Part shown: positions 26,401 through 38,265 of the stretch, in pieces
Layout of the letters: each line of letters starts with the position of its first letter
Position numbering within the stretch: the first letter of the stretch is position 1
Source: Paraphysomonas bandaiensis
Lineage: Eukaryota; Protista; Chrysophyceae
Reading direction: 5' to 3'
Length of the DNA: 64,000 nt
NCBI GenBank assembly: GCA_965644295.1
Contig: CBFFRP010000127.1
Span: 124,001 to 188,000, forward strand
The notes under the pieces: model-generated
Told to the model about the DNA's origin: nothing
Seen by the model: the letters and a program-made list of their open reading frames with translations, nothing else
Database searches by the model: none
Program-made: the position numbers and the translations under genes

Positions 26401-28138
26401 TTCTATGATACAGAGCATATGACGAAAATGACACTTCAGAGTTCGATAATGGAGAGACCCACGCAAGAATAACTTCAATTGTCAATTGAGTATGTATATA
26501 CTAATATGAATGTAAGATATATTACTTTCTCACTGTGCCCTATACGTATTGATGTAAATAAGGACGGTGTATTGAAACATGTCAATCATTGTCACCTAGA
26601 TATAGGGTGCTTTGTATCTTGATATTTACCATCTATCATAAATAGAATATTAGTGCTACCTGTAACACTCTGCAGAGGATGAATACGCCAGCCTATTAGT
26701 AGAATATTATGTTGACATTACCATGATACCTGGTAATCGTAGGTAGTATATATTGATTATTCATAATAAGATGCAATTTCTTCACTCTGGAAGTTGCTTG
26801 TAAATAGTATTGTAATTGTAGACTTATCCATAGTTGTTGATTTATTGCTATCCATGAAGTGCCTAGTTAGACGTTCTAAGTTGAGTGCAGCTATTGCAGT
26901 ACTAAGAATGCTGTTGGAAGAAAATGATCCACTAATGGCTGGTTACCCCAATGAGGAGTATGTCAGGAGCGTTGGACTTATGGTTGGATTAAATGATGCC
27001 AATATCGACATATGATATTGCACTAATACACGTGCCTAATCGCCTCCCTATAGGTGGTATCTATAACCTCTACATTTCCTACTGATAAGTATCCCTATTT
27101 ATATTAAAATGTACCTACAGGCACTGCCTACATGTATCAATACTACCTATAGGTACTACCTAAAAATATAATACCAATACGACCTAGAGGTACTATAATT
27201 AACAACAATAAACACAGTATAATATATATATTGCAAAGTAGGAAATAATATAAAAACCAGCAATATTGCAGATCTGTATCAATTATGAAAAGACAAAGCA
27301 TGTATTCAATTAAAATAAGACGGTATTCGCATTAACATCTTACGAAGTAAAAATTAACGGCAATTACTACTTAGAACCTACTAATATACATACCACGAGA
27401 AATCTGAACCAAAGTGTAAACTAGCTCCCAATCACCTGCTAAGAAGCAGAAGCATTGTGCACTTCAGATGTCTTCACCGCCAATCTGAGTTCAGTTAGCT
27501 TCCAAGGTAATGACAACATTTGTTCGTCCAAGCCATCTTACACCGATCTTACACCGAGATAACTTCTCGGGTACGATACTGGTACAGAGGTGTATATATA
27601 GGAAATAATTTACCCAAAATATTATTTCTATTAATTGCATGCATTAATAATACTAATATGAACGTTGCCCCCCATTGATGGATATTGAAGATGCTAACGG
27701 TCACATTACTTGAATCCTTGAATTATCGGGAGAACTTCACAGGATGCACACTGAGCAGGCATTCTGCAAAATAACGATTCAATCAGTATTTTATCCTCTT
27801 GTAAGGGCCCTCTTCCACTTCACTGTCTCTTCTGATGGCAATAACCACACACATGACTCAGTTGTCTCAAGCGGATAAAAGTCATAATACTGGTCTTGAA
27901 CAGCATGAATCTTGCAGTACAGTGAAGTCATGTCAGTCCATTAACGACTCCATCAATCGTCCTTTGTTTTAATCTGCAGGTGGGGTCATAATTTCACCCC
28001 ACAATAGACTGTCTGTGTGTCTATTTATGGTCACATGACCCTCACATCTAACACACTCCTGCCAGTATACCAGCAACCGTATATACAAAATACATACTCT
28101 AATAATACGTAATTTACACAATTTTACATAGTTTCGAC
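20446..28138. repeat. Head-to-tail trimer of a ~2.6-kb non-coding unit (starts 20446, 23056, 25540); probable unclassified non-autonomous mobile element
   Basis: TAGAAAAACCCACCGATCTATGTAAAA starts each copy and TTTTACATAGTTTCGAC ends each copy. Periods are 2610 and 2484 bp. Copies are nearly identical and contain no ORF above ~75 aa. Confidence 0.95.
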
Positions 28139-28409
28139 AACTAGTATTTTGAAGAATTTAAACTGCCACGTGATCGAGGAAAATAGTATCTTGAGGGGAC
28201 GGAACATCTGATTGGTTTAACAACTCGAAGTTGAGACCAGAAGAGAGCCTCGACACCTCTCATGTGATATGCTATGGAGAATACGGTGTCCTCTTTCCTC
28301 CATCACTCATAGACAGCATTAAAACTGTCAGCATTATTGCAAATTAATATTGAATGACATCACAAGTCGGCCTCACGATATATTCATAGATCTAATCTAT
28401 TTCGAAACT

Positions 28410-31400
28410 ATGAATACACCTGATTGTAATGAGGACATTATACTCCTTGCCGACCTATCACTCCCCACTTCCTCTGTATCAGATTTATTCGAGGCCATTC
28501 GTTGCTCTCTCAGTTGGCAGTATGGCGAAGATAGCGCCTTAAGGTTCATCATATTTCTACAATACTGTGGAATATTGTATTTAAGTTTGTTTTGTGTGCA
28601 GCTTGAAAGCTATCAATCTCAGGAACCCCAAAGAAGCACTGGTGTTTCTAGACAGCACTAGTGTTGCCGAACGATTGACGTCCGAGTCAATTATTCACCT
28701 GTATGTATAGTAATACTTTGTCAAATTAATTGTAATGACTAGTACAGGAGTGGCCCATTGACAGCCAGTTTCAGGAAAGTCGGAAATGCACCAACCGAGT
28801 ATATCCACATCCAAATTGCTCGCGATATTCAGCTCAACCATATTATAAGAGAGATCAAAGGTCTGAATAAGCCTTCTACTGATATACCAACACCTTCTCA
28901 ATTGTCATTCTTTTATCGGAGATCAAGTATTCTCGTCAAGCTCCCATCACCCGAAGTTGCAGAGAATATACAGCAGAAATTATCCGGTTTAAACGGAATT
29001 CAATCATCGGAAATAGTGACTACTAAATCTTTTTCATGTGTGGAATGTTTCTGGAAATCTAACATCAGCTTAAATGAGGCAGTGAGTCGACTTCGACGCA
29101 GTGGGCAGAGCCTTTTAGACCTGATAGGGAGCTACTTGTGTCTTCTTGAGGAGCAACCTGGCATTATAGATGTATCAGTGATCTCCTGCACTAGTCAGAG
29201 TACAAGAAATTCGACTATCGATCTCGTAATAATATGTTGTACCGAAAAGGACGCAGATATTGTTCGATCGTATGGCCGCATTGAGCTTGGAATGATAGGA
29301 TGTATCACAATTGCCCATTCATATGATACCGAGAGGGGAAGCGAGAAATCCGATGCCTCAGTTTTATCGTCGGAAAGCACTATAGACACATCCTCTTGTT
29401 CCAACATGAACACACCGACTTCATCATCTCGAGGTTTCTCTTTTAAAGAGTTGTATGTGTTCTGGGACGTAATGAACTGCCCCTTGAGTGTTGGGTCAGA
29501 TGCTGACGATGCAGCCACGATAACAAACAGCCTATTAGATACATGCAGTTGTGCATTTGGCAATGACTGTAACTTTCAACTAGCCACTACTACAAAGTTC
29601 ATCTTCTTAGCACATGATCCTGGAGGTGCTTACAAACCCACCTCGAAACAGCTCCACGACCTGGTGGATATGCATTATCGCGTCATTGGATACGTGAGGC
29701 GCAGTGGTCCTGATTCAGCAATTAAAGGAGAGGTGACAGCAATGATTCGACGCCATTGCGGAGATGAAACTAAACCCGCAGTGTGCCTTATTACTGGCGG
29801 CGGGGAAGTCAGCGGAGTGTTGGATTCCCTATTGGCGGAAGGATTTCATGACACTCTATTAATACATAATTCGCGAAAAACAGTGGCCTCGAAAGTCCCG
29901 AAATCCCTCCCCTGGTCTGTCCTAAGGCAGCTTCACCAAATGTCTAGTCAAGACAAATCATGTCTACTTTCTTTTAACTTCGAGCATCCCGATTATCAAA
30001 ATATATTGAATAAATACATGTTGGAAGGCGAATGTTTGTCTGACGATATGAGTGCTAAATTGATTCCGACATCGATGGAAGTAGCTCTAACTAGGAGTCT
30101 GCGTATCTCTCGATTTTCAATGGCAGCACATTTGAGCAACTTGATCAAGTGGAAGGAGGAAGAATCAATTCATGGGGGCACACTTCCGGGAGCAGAGAAT
30201 ATCGATGACCACTGGGCCAACTTTGATACCGATTCTTGTCAAGTTGAGGTCAGCATTGACCGGGATAGAAGAAAGCAAAAGGTGATAATCACTGGAAGCA
30301 GCGAAGAGGAGGTGAAAGCCAGGTTTTATTTTGTAGAGTCTACACTGGTCACTCTTGCGCAAAATAGAAAGATATTACGTATGCACGGCTGGCAAACCCA
30401 TCACAGGGAGGCGATGATGGGGTCACTGCCGCTAGGTACAAAAGGGCAGGCCTTTCGTACCACTGTCGTGTTTCATGTTACAGATGGTCAAATTGTTGCA
30501 GAAATTATATCCGTTAGTGAAATTGGAATTTCTAAAATGACCGATTATTTAAAAGGCCTTGAACCAATTGAGGCGGAATGGCAGTTTGACCCCAAAAATC
30601 TTATTCCAGAACCTCGCGTGCGATTTTGGAACTCACTTCGTAATAAGTACGCCGTGATGTTCGACAAAGTTCTCCAGAACAACAGACTTTGTGTCAAGGC
30701 GTGGGGTTTTGAAGGCATGATGGAAGAGGCTTCTCGTGATATACTCTCTGCCTCACAGGGTCAAATGAATCCTAGCTCCACAGCTGCTTCCACCGTCCCA
30801 TTGCTGCATCACCCTCCTAAGAATCGGCTTACAGGGGACAAGGGCGAACCAATCCATATTGCGCTGTATACATTCAAGGATAAGGATGCAGGACTCTTTT
30901 ATGTCACATATGAAGAAATGTTCCAGCGATACTTTGCTAATGTTTACCATGTCTCCGTGACGCCCGTATCATCTTTTATTGGTGTCACAAGTGATACTGC
31001 TAATGCTATAAAAAACGGCTTTCTCGTAGTGGATATCAGGGGTAAAGAAGATGACATTATTGCTGCTACAAAATATATGGATAGCATAAGAAGTAACATC
31101 TACTGTCATGAGCTGCATCTGTCAAAAATTGACGCCAAGAGATTTAAAGACATTTGTGACATGAAGGTTTGTTTGCATATTATTATTGAAAGTTACATCT
31201 GTTTACGTTGCATACACTTGACTTGATATTTGCCTATTTTCCGAAGCAAACGTATACTTGTTTGAAGCAACTATACGCCATTGACTCGTATGCTCCCTCA
31301 GGACAGCTTCCTCAGCGGCCAAATTGCTGAAGCGATCAAGACAAGTAATCTGAATGAAGACCCTTTAGGTTTTCGTGGCCTGATATGCATTCGAGTGAGC

Positions 31401-33328
31401 CCTGCTGTGGTCCCGAAGGGATCTAAGTACGTTTATGTGTTTCAATTTTACTATGATGCAGTAGTATGAATTTGTATCATGCCACTAGAATATATGCTAA
31501 CACATGTCCAACGTTAGGAAAGTATCGTTTCCCACGGATGTAGATATTTTTGTATCTGAGTCTGCCGTTACTACTTGTAACCATGGTCATGGAGATGGTT
31601 ATTCATCCAAGATTAGCAGAATTTTACGTAAATTCTCAGATTTCAATGCACCCTCAATTCACCAGGATCCGGGATTTCGATTGAGCGATGATAGCATCAG
31701 TATTACAAGCCTCGATATATCTGAAGGTTCGAAGATGTATCTACCGTCTATCTCTCAGTCGGCTTCACCACACGGTGTCTTGATATCTCCGAAGAGTGAG
31801 ACGTACACTGACCTCTCAACACCCTCCCCTCGCGTCAATTTCACGGATGTAATGAGGCCCGCTATCTCATCTGCTATTTCTGGAACACCTTTTGAGTCAG
31901 CTCCTCCTTGCCCTACCTGTAAACAGGCAATTCGCTGGCCCCACTCGTCATTCAGGTACATGTTTCTAGCGGAGAACATGAAGACACGGATTCACACTAC
32001 TGTGGAACTCATTAAAAGCAAGTTTGGCGATTCTGTTGTCGTCACATGTCCTTATCGTAAGTCACGTGTCATGCACACTATCATTATTGCTGATGTCATG
32101 CTCATTGTAATATACTTTCCTATGCGTAGGTGACAAAAAGGATGCATCAGTTTGTCTACTGGTAGAAGGGCCGCAGGACGGGGTGGAGTTTGGTGCGAAA
32201 GCATTCGATGAGATGCTTGCTCGTGTACTAGAGGAGCTCACCAGTGTAAAACTGATATTGTCCGACTCGCAGTATGACAAGCTTACTACAATGGATCTTG
32301 CCACTGTCAAGGCCATCCAAGGGTCGGCGGGAGTGCATTTCATGTGAGTTATTGAATGCATATTATTTTCTATGTTTTATTATTTCTTTTGAAATGACTT
32401 ATCGCCACAATGATTTGCTTCATGTCTGATGCTTTTGCAGGTTGACTCCTTCTTCTTCTGAAATATCTTCAGCCCCACGTTCCGTCGACCTTCGAACCCT
32501 ACAACCTCGTTTGGCAAGCTCATCTGATACAATCCTCTGTCGTCTGCCCAGTTTTAATAAGCGACCTGTGGACCTATCTGTAATATCCACATCTGCAGAA
32601 TCCGAGGGCTGGACATGGGGAGTTAATTGCTTATTTGTCATTCTAGAAAGAGATGACGACTGTGGACTGTCTCCGCAAGAGGCGGAGAAGTTAAACCACG
32701 GTGAAGTGTTAGTAACCACTGATTTCGACAGTGGCAAGACTATTCTTCGAGCACGAGCAACATGCCCTATGAAGAGGGGCCACCACGAGCTGTCCATGAG
32801 CACGGAACAACTGCTAGTTAGTGCTATCGGAAGGGGATTGGCCCAAGCTGATATATTGGGCATGTTAGGAATGGCAATTGTGAGTGCATCTATAATTTGT
32901 CTACTTATATAGTTTCCTCACCGTGTTTGGTGTAGGTCACCCCCGATTCGTTGAATGCATTTGCTACACTTTCTACAGAACGTATACAGAGTCTAACCGC
33001 ATCATCAGTGGTAGAGTACGTCCGGACTCACCAGGTTTTCAGTCTAGAAAGGATCGTGTGTTTAGACGTCAAGAGACCCGATGTCTCGCCATTCAAGAGC
33101 GTAGTGCAGTGTTCATACATGGCGGAATCACTCTGTCGAATAGTTAAGGACATGAAGGACTCGTCTTTCCCGGTGTGCAATGATCCGGTGTGTTCCGTAC
33201 TTCTGGGGCATAAGGCTCCGTCGGCAAGAGGCAATCGAGACACCGTCGCTCATTCCCTTATTCTTAAAGGCACGGAGTCTGGTCTTGACACTGCGATAGA
33301 GGAAGTTAAAGAGGCTATCACTTCTTGA
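28410..33328 (+). CDS. Multidomain protein: RRM-like, NYN/PIN-like, KH-like repeats, macrodomain-like (exons 28410-28543, 28602-28700, 28748-31166, 31302-31426, 31518-32056, 32130-32344, 32441-32879, 32936-33328)
   Basis: Seven GT-AG introns give one continuous frame. LYVFWDVMNCP and VCLITGGGEV...TLLIH match the NYN layout. Recurrent IxG...V..A segments are KH-like. LNHGEVLVT...ILRA...LVSAIGRGLAQA...MAIVTP...LERIVCLD follows the macrodomain pattern. The gene model is firmer than the domain calls. Confidence 0.65.
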
Positions 33329-34094
33329 AGGCGGCCTATATAGCTGTGTGAGAATCTCTCCACCGCTATAGCTATATCTACAAAGCTCGTTATTAGGACC
33401 ACCTAACACATCCACTATAATATATGACATTGTGCAGCAGAATAACTCTATATTCATCTCACAACAGAACTGTTTTCAATGAAGTTGCTATCGTGTTTTT
33501 TTTGACGAACGTCTACTACATTGTTTTTGGCGCGACTAGCAAGTCATTTTACTTCTCTGCTTTCAATTTTCATAATACTACTCTAGAATAATATAATCTA
33601 AAGTCATTTGTGTAAAATGTTTTATTATGTAGGTTTATGTTGCGTTGCGTATTGCAGTGCGTGGCTGAGTATACTAATGTGCGAAGTAGCTTAATAAGTT
33701 GAGCTTTGCTGGAAGTTAAAAATAATAGGAATGTCTAAAGTGTATTAGTTTATGACTGTTGGTTATGAACATACTCAAGAACGTTAGCCCTGGTAAACAT
33801 CTCAGAAACCAGGGCCTGGTAACAATTTATGCGCCATTAACGGCAATGCCATTATTATTGCCGAGACGTATGCCATTAATTTACATTACAATTATTGGTA
33901 GTGTTATACTAAAACTTTATGAATGAGATCATGTTGTCAGTTTGGTGTAGGTGCCAGCCGTAACTAGGGATTGTATACAGAAGTGAAACAGTACTAGGCG
34001 TTATATCTGCTGTCTACTGTATGACTGTATGTTTTGTTAGCGTAATTATTCGGAACTGGGCCCACCTGATGGGTAGCTGGGGTATTGTACTGCT

Positions 34095-34171
34095 GCTCCC
34101 TTCTGATCGCGTATATAGGTAGAGCCGGGTGGGTGCCTAATACCTAACTAATACTTGATTAAGTCCCATAT
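34095..34171. repeat. Dispersed ~75-bp repeat; second copy inverted at ~49409-49481
   Basis: TAGGTAGAGCCGGGTGGGT...CCTAACTAATACTTGATT(T)AAGTCCCATA is present at both loci in opposite orientation. Confidence 0.8.
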
Positions 34172-34178
34172 GTTATTT

Positions 34179-34346
34179 TCTAGATATGCATCTAAGCCTA
34201 CCCGGGCTACATGTTATTTAATGACTTACCTATTGCAGTACATTAGGGGTACAGTTCGAAAGGGTATTCGGTTCAGTAGTAAGCACTTCGACATGCACAT
34301 CTTTACTGATGCAGACTGGGCTGGCGATGTGGTGTCACGCCGATCT
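34179..34346 (+). pseudogene. Fragment of Ty1/copia RT-RNase H junction
   Basis: SRYASKPTRATCYLMTYLLQYIRGT...HIFTDADWAGDVVSRRS aligns by eye to SRYSSNPTYASCRLAIHLLKYLRGT...HVFSDADWAGDILTRRS of the intact element at 54-59 kb. Truncated on both sides. Confidence 0.9.
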
Positions 34347-34577
34347 AGCTACCTACTGAAACCAACTAGCTACATCATTATCACACGGTTATTAGCGCTG
34401 AATATGCAGTGCAAACACGGGTGGGGAAGCGCTGAACTAAGCAATGTGTACATACGTCGCAACACTAAGCAGCACTCACTAGACGGTCAAACGCGGTGAT
34501 TAGTTACGCCGTCAATATGGGGCAATACACTTTAAAAACTTCAACATATTGAAGTCAGCAGATCAACATTCTAAAAC

Positions 34578-34806
34578 GGTTGCACCTTGGTGCTTGCGGT
34601 GACACAAGCAGCTTTTGTAGCGTTATTATTGAAAGTCTTTTTATTTAGCAATAGGCGTTAAAAACCTGTACCAATATAGTGGCTAGTTGAATGCTAGACA
34701 TACTAGTTAGACCTCTACCCATAACTAATCCGTACAAATTCCATTATCCTACTATTTAACGCTACAGAAGCTGTTTGTGCGTCGCTGCAAGCACCAAGGT
34801 GCAACC
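34578..34806. mobile_element. 229-bp MITE with ~48-bp imperfect TIRs
   Basis: GGTTGCACCTTGGTGCTTGCGG...GTAGCGTTA at left and TAACGCTAC...GCAAGCACCAAGGTGCAACC at right, with AC on both flanks. A one-ended inverted copy lies at ~59856-60031. Confidence 0.8.
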
Positions 34807-34816
34807 ACTTCCGTTC

Positions 34817-36030
34817 TTAATGTTGTTTGTGAGTTTCGCCCTGGTTGTGTGTCTTAGTACTCACTGGCGCGTGTTGTCCGGGGGTCTCCCCTTGGGATAA
34901 GGTTCCGCCAGGTTCTAAGGTACAGGGTTCTGCATTAAGGTTCTGAGTGTACCGAGCACTAGATGTGTGTGCCGAGATGTTGATGGTGTGGTGGAATGTG
35001 GCGTTGTCGCCGTGCACCGTCTGGGCGTCAGGCATGGTGGAGTTGCCGGAGACGGCGTCGCCGCTGTCTAGGGCCTGATGGTTTCATGCGGTCCGGTGCT
35101 ATGGTCCTATGCGTATGATTGGTGGGGTTCATATGTGCGGTGGGCGGTGTTCAAGTCTCGGTTCGTCTGTGGATTCCTAGTAATCTTAGCACCCTTGGGC
35201 GTTTCCATTTCAGTCTATGTTTTGGACGCGGTCGCGGTAGTAGCCTATAGGGGGTCCTTTCTGTAGGGTAACGTATCGTCTACTTCGATCTTGGATTATT
35301 AGCTTTGCTGCAGCGAAAAGCGGTAGAAGCATTTTGATGACCGCTGATTCGATGCTGCGCAGTCCTTGAGGTGTCAGTGACTCATGGATGTGATCTCCAA
35401 AAACCGTCTCGAGTTGAGCAGTTGTGATGGTACCCGTCCAGAATCTCTCCACCTGTGGAACGGAAGGATTCCAGGCCCTGCTGGAGAGCCGCTGTAGTAC
35501 AGTGGTGGTCTATTATTGGGGTGTAGTACCGGATTTCTCAGTTCTCCTTGAAACGCGTTTTTGTGGCTATGAAATGCAGACTCCCTTATCTGTGTTATGG
35601 CGTCATTTGTGCAGTCTAGACACATATGCTTAAGTGAGTCTAGTCGAAATCCGCAGTCAGAACATGCGGCTTTAGCCAGGTCGAGTCCGTGTTTGGTTTT
35701 CGCCCGGTTTCTTCCTATGCTGAAAGATTTGTCCCATGTCAGTGCCGCATTGAGTACTCGCTGGCGCAGGTGGGAACTAACTTTGTCCTTTGATGGTCCA
35801 CCATCTGCTTGTGCTAGTTTGCGCGGAAGTAGTGCCCCACTGTCTGTCCAATATCCAGGTGCCCGGTCGGGATTGTGACCGTAGCGTTGGTCTCTGAGGG
35901 CAGTGTATGCCTCCAGCATCCGTTGATTGCGGAGGGACTGGAAGTCCGTGAGCAGGGGGCTAGTGCGATGCGGCCGTCGTTCTCCGGTTAGGCGCCAGTG
36001 CCATAAACCCTCGGTGAGAGTATTCGCTCT
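34817..36030 (-). mobile_element. 5'-truncated, frameshifted non-LTR (LINE-like) retrotransposon fragment
   Basis: GC-richer than its flanks. ORF 35374-35919 carries CSDCGFRLDSLKHMCLDC, the CCHC knuckle found C-terminal to LINE reverse transcriptase. Coding-like sequence continues in another frame (35210-35452). The RT core is absent and boundaries are approximate. Confidence 0.6.
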
Positions 36031-36817
36031 TTTGTAACATTATATAGTACGATATCAGAGTTAAGCGCTAGTTAGTTTCTTGCAATGTTAGATTAGTTCT
36101 GACTCTGAAACGCCTGTATTGCTAATAATAGGACACTACTAGTGATGGACTCTATTCTGCCACATGTCGTCGAATAACTTGCTCAGCAAAAATATTCGAA
36201 ATTGGAGGCTGCATACGGTCCTTCGTGACATACTGAAGAACTTGTTTGAATAGTGCTGATGTATTACGCTATACCACTTTTACTATAGACCAAGAAGATA
36301 TTGGGATGGTTCCAGTTCGGACGAAGACATATAGAGAACTTATGTTTCTGTACCTAATGCCAAGTTACTATAAGACACACTTGAGTCTGTTGGTGAGTGA
36401 ATTATATACTTCTTTTCTGATTAGTCTAGAATCTAGATTACCGATGACAATATTATATATTGTATACTATAGTTATATTGTGGAAATGTCTCCCATGATT
36501 TTACTTCTGCTTCCGTGCATAACAATTGTAATTACAGTAGTAATTAGCAAAACTCAAAACTATACAACTCTACATACATAGAACAGGTTGTTATATTTGC
36601 GCTATCGATTACAATGAAATGGGTACCATTTTAAAGTTTAAGTACTTTGATAATGCTGCCTCACTACAGAATAAGATGCTCGATATATACTACTAAACAC
36701 AACACGTTAAATATACCTCACCACTACTCCGAACACTCACACTATCTTAGTTGCTACAACTACCAAATACTTGAACTTAGGTGACTCCAATCGACGATAT
36801 GTTCACACTTTGAACTC

Positions 36818-38265
36818 CTAATTCTCAGGAACCCCAAACTTTTTGATGTAGTCTTTATACACACCCTCGGAGAGCTGTGCATCGGTAAGATGGTAATCTT
36901 CTGGTGAATAGTCATGGAGTTGTTTCTTCCCAGGAGCCTTCAGAGCGTCTCGTTTCGCTTTGTTTTCAGCCAAATAGTCAACCATAATTTTTTCGTATTC
37001 AGGTGTGAACTCCCATTCAAACTGTTTATAGAGATCTTTTACAACTCCTAGAGGATCCTTAATCAGGTTATCATACACCACATTGGCATTGTCGCACTTG
37101 GATGCGGCTATATCCTTGGGTGCTTGCTGTAGCAGATGCTGAGACAAACCATCCAACTTCTTCCCCAAGGCCCCAACATTCATACCCTCAGGCTCATAGT
37201 AAACCGAGTGAGCTGCCTCCACTAATGAACATAAAGAAGGCACGGCGGAGCGAGGATGGCGGTGGGTCCATACGAACTTGGCATCAGGAAATACAGTCCC
37301 GATTTCCTTGGGATAGAAAAGATGAATTGGGCACTTAAGTGTCCACCGCCTAGGAGTCTCCTTCTCACCAACCTGAAAAGATAGGAGTTGAAGAACAGTT
37401 TTGTAGTATCTATACGCCTCCGTTGCATCCATTGAGAGAATGGTTTCGATGTTCAGGTATCCAGAGTGAAAATATTGGATGAGGACGGGCAGTTCATCGC
37501 AAAGACCGAGGAGGCACTCTTCAGGAAGGTCGTACCCAATTTCGTGAATTTTCTCAAGCGCGTGGTCACCCATGCTTTTACGAGTCTCTAGAAGCTTCTT
37601 GATGAACTTCATACGCTTATTACGGTCCGCATTATGGGATTCTTGGGAAGAAGTAGGGTCGGCTGAAGGAACAGGCGCAAGCAACTCCCAAGTCAACGGA
37701 GCACGTGTGGCGGGGTCGAGAGAGAGTAATCGGTGGAGAAAAGTTGTGCCAGTACGAGGAAGGCCCATCACAAAAACAGGTGAACGAACTGGAACATTAC
37801 GAATTTCAGGAGAGTCCTTCAAATACTGAATCAATTTTAGACGGCGTACCCAGCCCATACCGAGCTCTATCTTCGCGGATATGTATCCAAGATTAGAGTA
37901 TCTCTCTTTTAATTGTTCAGGAGAATTCATAATTTTCGAATAAGACTCAATGAATTGAGTCCCGCCGAAGTCAGATAGTTTTGTTTTCTTAGTGGCGTAT
38001 TTGAGGGAGCAGTGGATGTCCCTCATCATGCTCTCACCGCGGCTGAATGGACCCAACTTGAACACACGCAGAGGAGTCAGTGCTACATTAATAGCACAGT
38101 TCTTCAGAGTTTTATTCTTGCATTTAAACTGCAGAGAGTATGATTATATACGCTATAATATAGATGGGTAGGGAAGGTACTCACATATCTCCTCAGTGTG
38201 GACAACACGAACAACACAACCGTTACAATGAACACGTAAACAAACAGCTTGATCAACATCAGCAT
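36818..38265 (-). CDS. Sulfotransferase (Sulfotransfer_3-like) with N-terminal membrane anchor (exons 38265-38185, 38128-36818)
   Basis: 5'-PSB loop PVFVMGLPRTGTTFLHRLL, plus WTLKCPIH and WTHRHP..AVPS (3'-PB). Upstream exon MLMLIKLFVYVFIVTVVLFVLSTLRRY is joined by a 56-nt phase-0 GTGAGT...CAG intron. Confidence 0.88.

Noticed and set aside
20446-28138. Firm classification as Helitron, Crypton or rDNA/snRNA tandem array
   Set aside because: Helitron-like TC/CTAR ends are present, but the A|T target and a clear 3' hairpin are not. No recombinase is encoded. I recognise no rRNA, tRNA or snRNA sequence in the unit.
36246-36581. 111-aa hydrophobic ORF
   Set aside because: TTG start, AT-rich intergenic composition and no motif; probably spurious.
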